64,000 nt of DNA from an uncultured Candidatus Rokubacteria bacterium (lineage in GTDB: Bacteria; Methylomirabilota; Methylomirabilia; Rokubacteriales; CSP1-6): NCBI GenBank assembly GCA_963771355.1, contig CAVYTA010000006.1, positions 992,001-1,056,000 on the forward strand, in the 5' to 3' direction. Positions 61,890-64,000 of the stretch are shown piece after piece; position 1 is the first letter of the stretch, and each line of letters begins with the position of its first letter. The position numbers were made by a program, and so were the translations under genes. The notes under the pieces are model-generated. The model did no database searches. It was not told the origin of the DNA and worked only from the letters and a program-made list of their open reading frames with translations.

Positions 61890-63230
61890 ATGGCGGAGGC
61901 AGCGGGAGGGCACGCGGTGGGACACGTCGTCGCCGTGATCGGCGCCGGCCCGGCGGGACTCTTCGCCGCCCGGGCGCTCGCCGCGCAGGGCTGTCGCGTC
62001 CTCCTGCTCAACCGCGACGTCAAGCCCGGCGGGCTCGCCGAGTACGGGATCTTCCTCAATAAGTACAAGATGAAGACGGGGCTGCGGCGGCAGTTCCAGA
62101 AAATCCTCTCCGATCCGCGGGTCACTTATCTCGGGAACGTGACGGTGGCGGACGGCGGGGCCCTCACCGTCGGCGAGCTCCGCGCCCTCGGCTTCGACGC
62201 GCTCGTCTTCGCGATCGGCGCGCAGGGCACCAAGTACCTGGGCATCGAGGGCGAGCGGCTCCCGGGCGTCTACCATGCCAAGGATCTCGTCTATCACTAC
62301 AACCGCCTGCCACCCTTCAGCGAGCAGTCCTACCCCATGGGCCGGCGCGTGGCCATCGTGGGGGTGGGGAACGTCATGGTGGACATCGCGAACTACTGCG
62401 TCCATTTCTGTGATTGCGACGCGGTGATCGCGGTCGCGCGCCGCGGCCCCTTCGAGAAGGCGTACGACGACCGCGAGTTCGAAGACATCGAGGACGCCTT
62501 CGACCGCGACCTCTATCGCCAGGAGATCGCCCGCATCCGACCCCGGCTGGAGGCCGCCGGCCAGGATCCCGACGAGCTGCTGCGCGCGCTGGGCCAGCGC
62601 CCCGAGTCCGAGACGCAGACCCGTGCGCGCCTGTCCTTCCGCTTCTTCGCCTCGCCGAAGCGGGTGGTGGCGGAGGGCGGCCGCGTGACGGGCCTGGAGG
62701 TCGAGGAAACGCGGCTCGAGCGAAAGGGCGACCGGGTCAACGCCGTCGGCACCGGCCAGATGAGCGTGATCCCGTGCGATACGGTGGTGTTCGCGGTGGG
62801 TGACCGCGTGGATCCTGCCGCGGGACTCCCCTACAAGGACGGTCTCTACCTGACCGTGCCCGGCGAGGACCCCGCCGGCGCCTATCAGGTCTGGGATCCC
62901 GTGGCCGAGCGCCCGATGGAGGACGTGTACGTGGTCGGCTGGGCCCGCCGGGCCAGCGACGGCGTCGTGGGACGGGCCCGTCTCGACGCCGAAACCGGCA
63001 TCAAGTACGTCCTCTCGCGGCTGGCGTCGAACGCGCCGCGGCCGGGCGCGGAGGCGGAGCGCGTGATGGCAGCAGTGGTCGACACGCTCAAGGCGCGCGG
63101 CGTCCCCGCGGTGCCCTACACGGACGTGGCCCGGATCGAGGCGGTCGAGCGGGAGCGCGCGAAGGAGCTCGGCGTCGAGGAGTTCAAGTTCGCCAGCAAC
63201 CGCGAGATGCTCGAGGTCCTGCGCGGCTAA
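61890..63230 (+). CDS. FAD-dependent oxidoreductase, ferredoxin-NADP+/adrenodoxin reductase (FprA)-like
   Basis: VIGAGPAG, PGGLAEYGI, IVGVGNVMVD, ARRGP, VGWARRASDG; GGAGG RBS. Confidence 0.8.
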   Translation: MAEAAGGHAVGHVVAVIGAGPAGLFAARALAAQGCRVLLLNRDVKPGGLAEYGIFLNKYKMKTGLRRQFQKILSDPRVTYLGNVTVADGGALTVGELRALGFDALVFAIGAQGTKYLGIEGERLPGVYHAKDLVYHYNRLPPFSEQSYPMGRRVAIVGVGNVMVDIANYCVHFCDCDAVIAVARRGPFEKAYDDREFEDIEDAFDRDLYRQEIARIRPRLEAAGQDPDELLRALGQRPESETQTRARLSFRFFASPKRVVAEGGRVTGLEVEETRLERKGDRVNAVGTGQMSVIPCDTVVFAVGDRVDPAAGLPYKDGLYLTVPGEDPAGAYQVWDPVAERPMEDVYVVGWARRASDGVVGRARLDAETGIKYVLSRLASNAPRPGAEAERVMAAVVDTLKARGVPAVPYTDVARIEAVERERAKELGVEEFKFASNREMLEVLRG

Positions 63231-64000
63231 CCGCGATCCGGCGCGCCCGCGCGGGCGCGCCGGTCGGCGAGCAAGAGCAGCACCGCCCCCGCGAGCCCGT
63301 AGGCGCCCGCCACTCGCAGCGCGGCCCCCGTCCCCGGAGCCCCCGGCCAGAAGAGCGCGCCGCTCGGCAGCGGCGAGTGGATGATGCCGACCAGCGCGGC
63401 GAGGCTCGCGGTCCCGAAGATCGCGGCGGCCGCCGCCAGCCGACGCTCCACGATGGCGACGAGCACCGAGCCCCAGAGCAATGCGGTCACGATGAAGCCA
63501 TTGCCCAGGACGAGGAGGCCGTCCCAGGCAAGACGGGTGGCGCCCACAAGGTCACCCGGCGCCTTGCCCACGCCGGCCAGGAGAACGCCGCCCTGGATGA
63601 GCACGAGCGCCGCCACCGCGGGGATGAAGGAGATGGCCACCGCGGCCGCGTGGCGGGGCGGCGAGGCCACGAAGGCCTGGGCGGTGATCTCCAGCCCGAT
63701 GAAGATCAGGATGGGCGCCACCGCCGCTTCGGGGAGGAGGCTGACGAGGAGCGAGACCACTCCCAGCGCGGCGCCGCCGCCGATCACGAGGCCGGTGGCG
63801 AGGGTATAGCCGGCCCGCGCGCCCATCGCCTTGTATGCGGGATGCCCGATGTACGGCGTGTTCTGCACCACGCCGCCACAGAAGCCCGCCGCCATGGTGG
63901 CGAGGGCTTCGGTCAGGAGAATGTCGCGAGCGCGGTACTCGTCTCCGGCGGCCGCCGCCGACTCGGTGTTGTCGATGCCGCCGATCACGGTGGCCAGCGC
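63227..64000 (-). CDS. Membrane permease, NCS2/AzgA-like family (partial, 5' end beyond window)
   Basis: IGGIDNTESAAAAGD, TPYIGHPAYKAMGAR, APILIFIGLEITAQAF, multiple TM helices. Confidence 0.7.
   Translation of the reverse strand, partial: ALATVIGGIDNTESAAAAGDEYRARDILLTEALATMAAGFCGGVVQNTPYIGHPAYKAMGARAGYTLATGLVIGGGAALGVVSLLVSLLPEAAVAPILIFIGLEITAQAFVASPPRHAAAVAISFIPAVAALVLIQGGVLLAGVGKAPGDLVGATRLAWDGLLVLGNGFIVTALLWGSVLVAIVERRLAAAAAIFGTASLAALVGIIHSPLPSGALFWPGAPGTGAALRVAGAYGLAGAVLLLLADRRARAGAPDRG

Overview
Very GC-rich bacterial chromosomal segment from a diderm, LPS-producing organism (gene content and style suggest Candidatus Rokubacteria/Methylomirabilota; this is inference, not tested). Most of the window is core housekeeping genes: dnaE, accA, miaB, guaB/guaA, coaX, birA, valS, metK, rpoN-hpf-rapZ, lptCAB, kdsADC, pyrG, cca, xerD, murJ, rpsT, holA-lptE-leuS and uvrB/uvrC. 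Accessory genes include a partial paa set, a proline racemase plus proline dehydrogenase, a GH57 enzyme, a ceramidase-like protein and a GAF hybrid kinase. Notable observations: (1) a 28-bp XerCD dif-like site at 1563-1590 where gene orientation flips (48 of the 51 genes to its right point toward it), so probably the replication terminus; (2) a 421-aa LAGLIDADG intein in dnaE; (3) a family of ~30-bp REP-like repeats found between genes and also inserted in-frame in the hpf linker and at the dnaE N-terminus; (4) a +1 frameshift and probable CTG start in guaA; (5) a repeat-rich metK leader and a structured metK 3' intergenic region; (6) two sigma54 promoters, one with an exact IHF consensus; (7) a fused LptF-LptG gene and a minimal secretin-like gene inside the paa genes. 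I found no rRNA, tRNA, CRISPR array or IS element.
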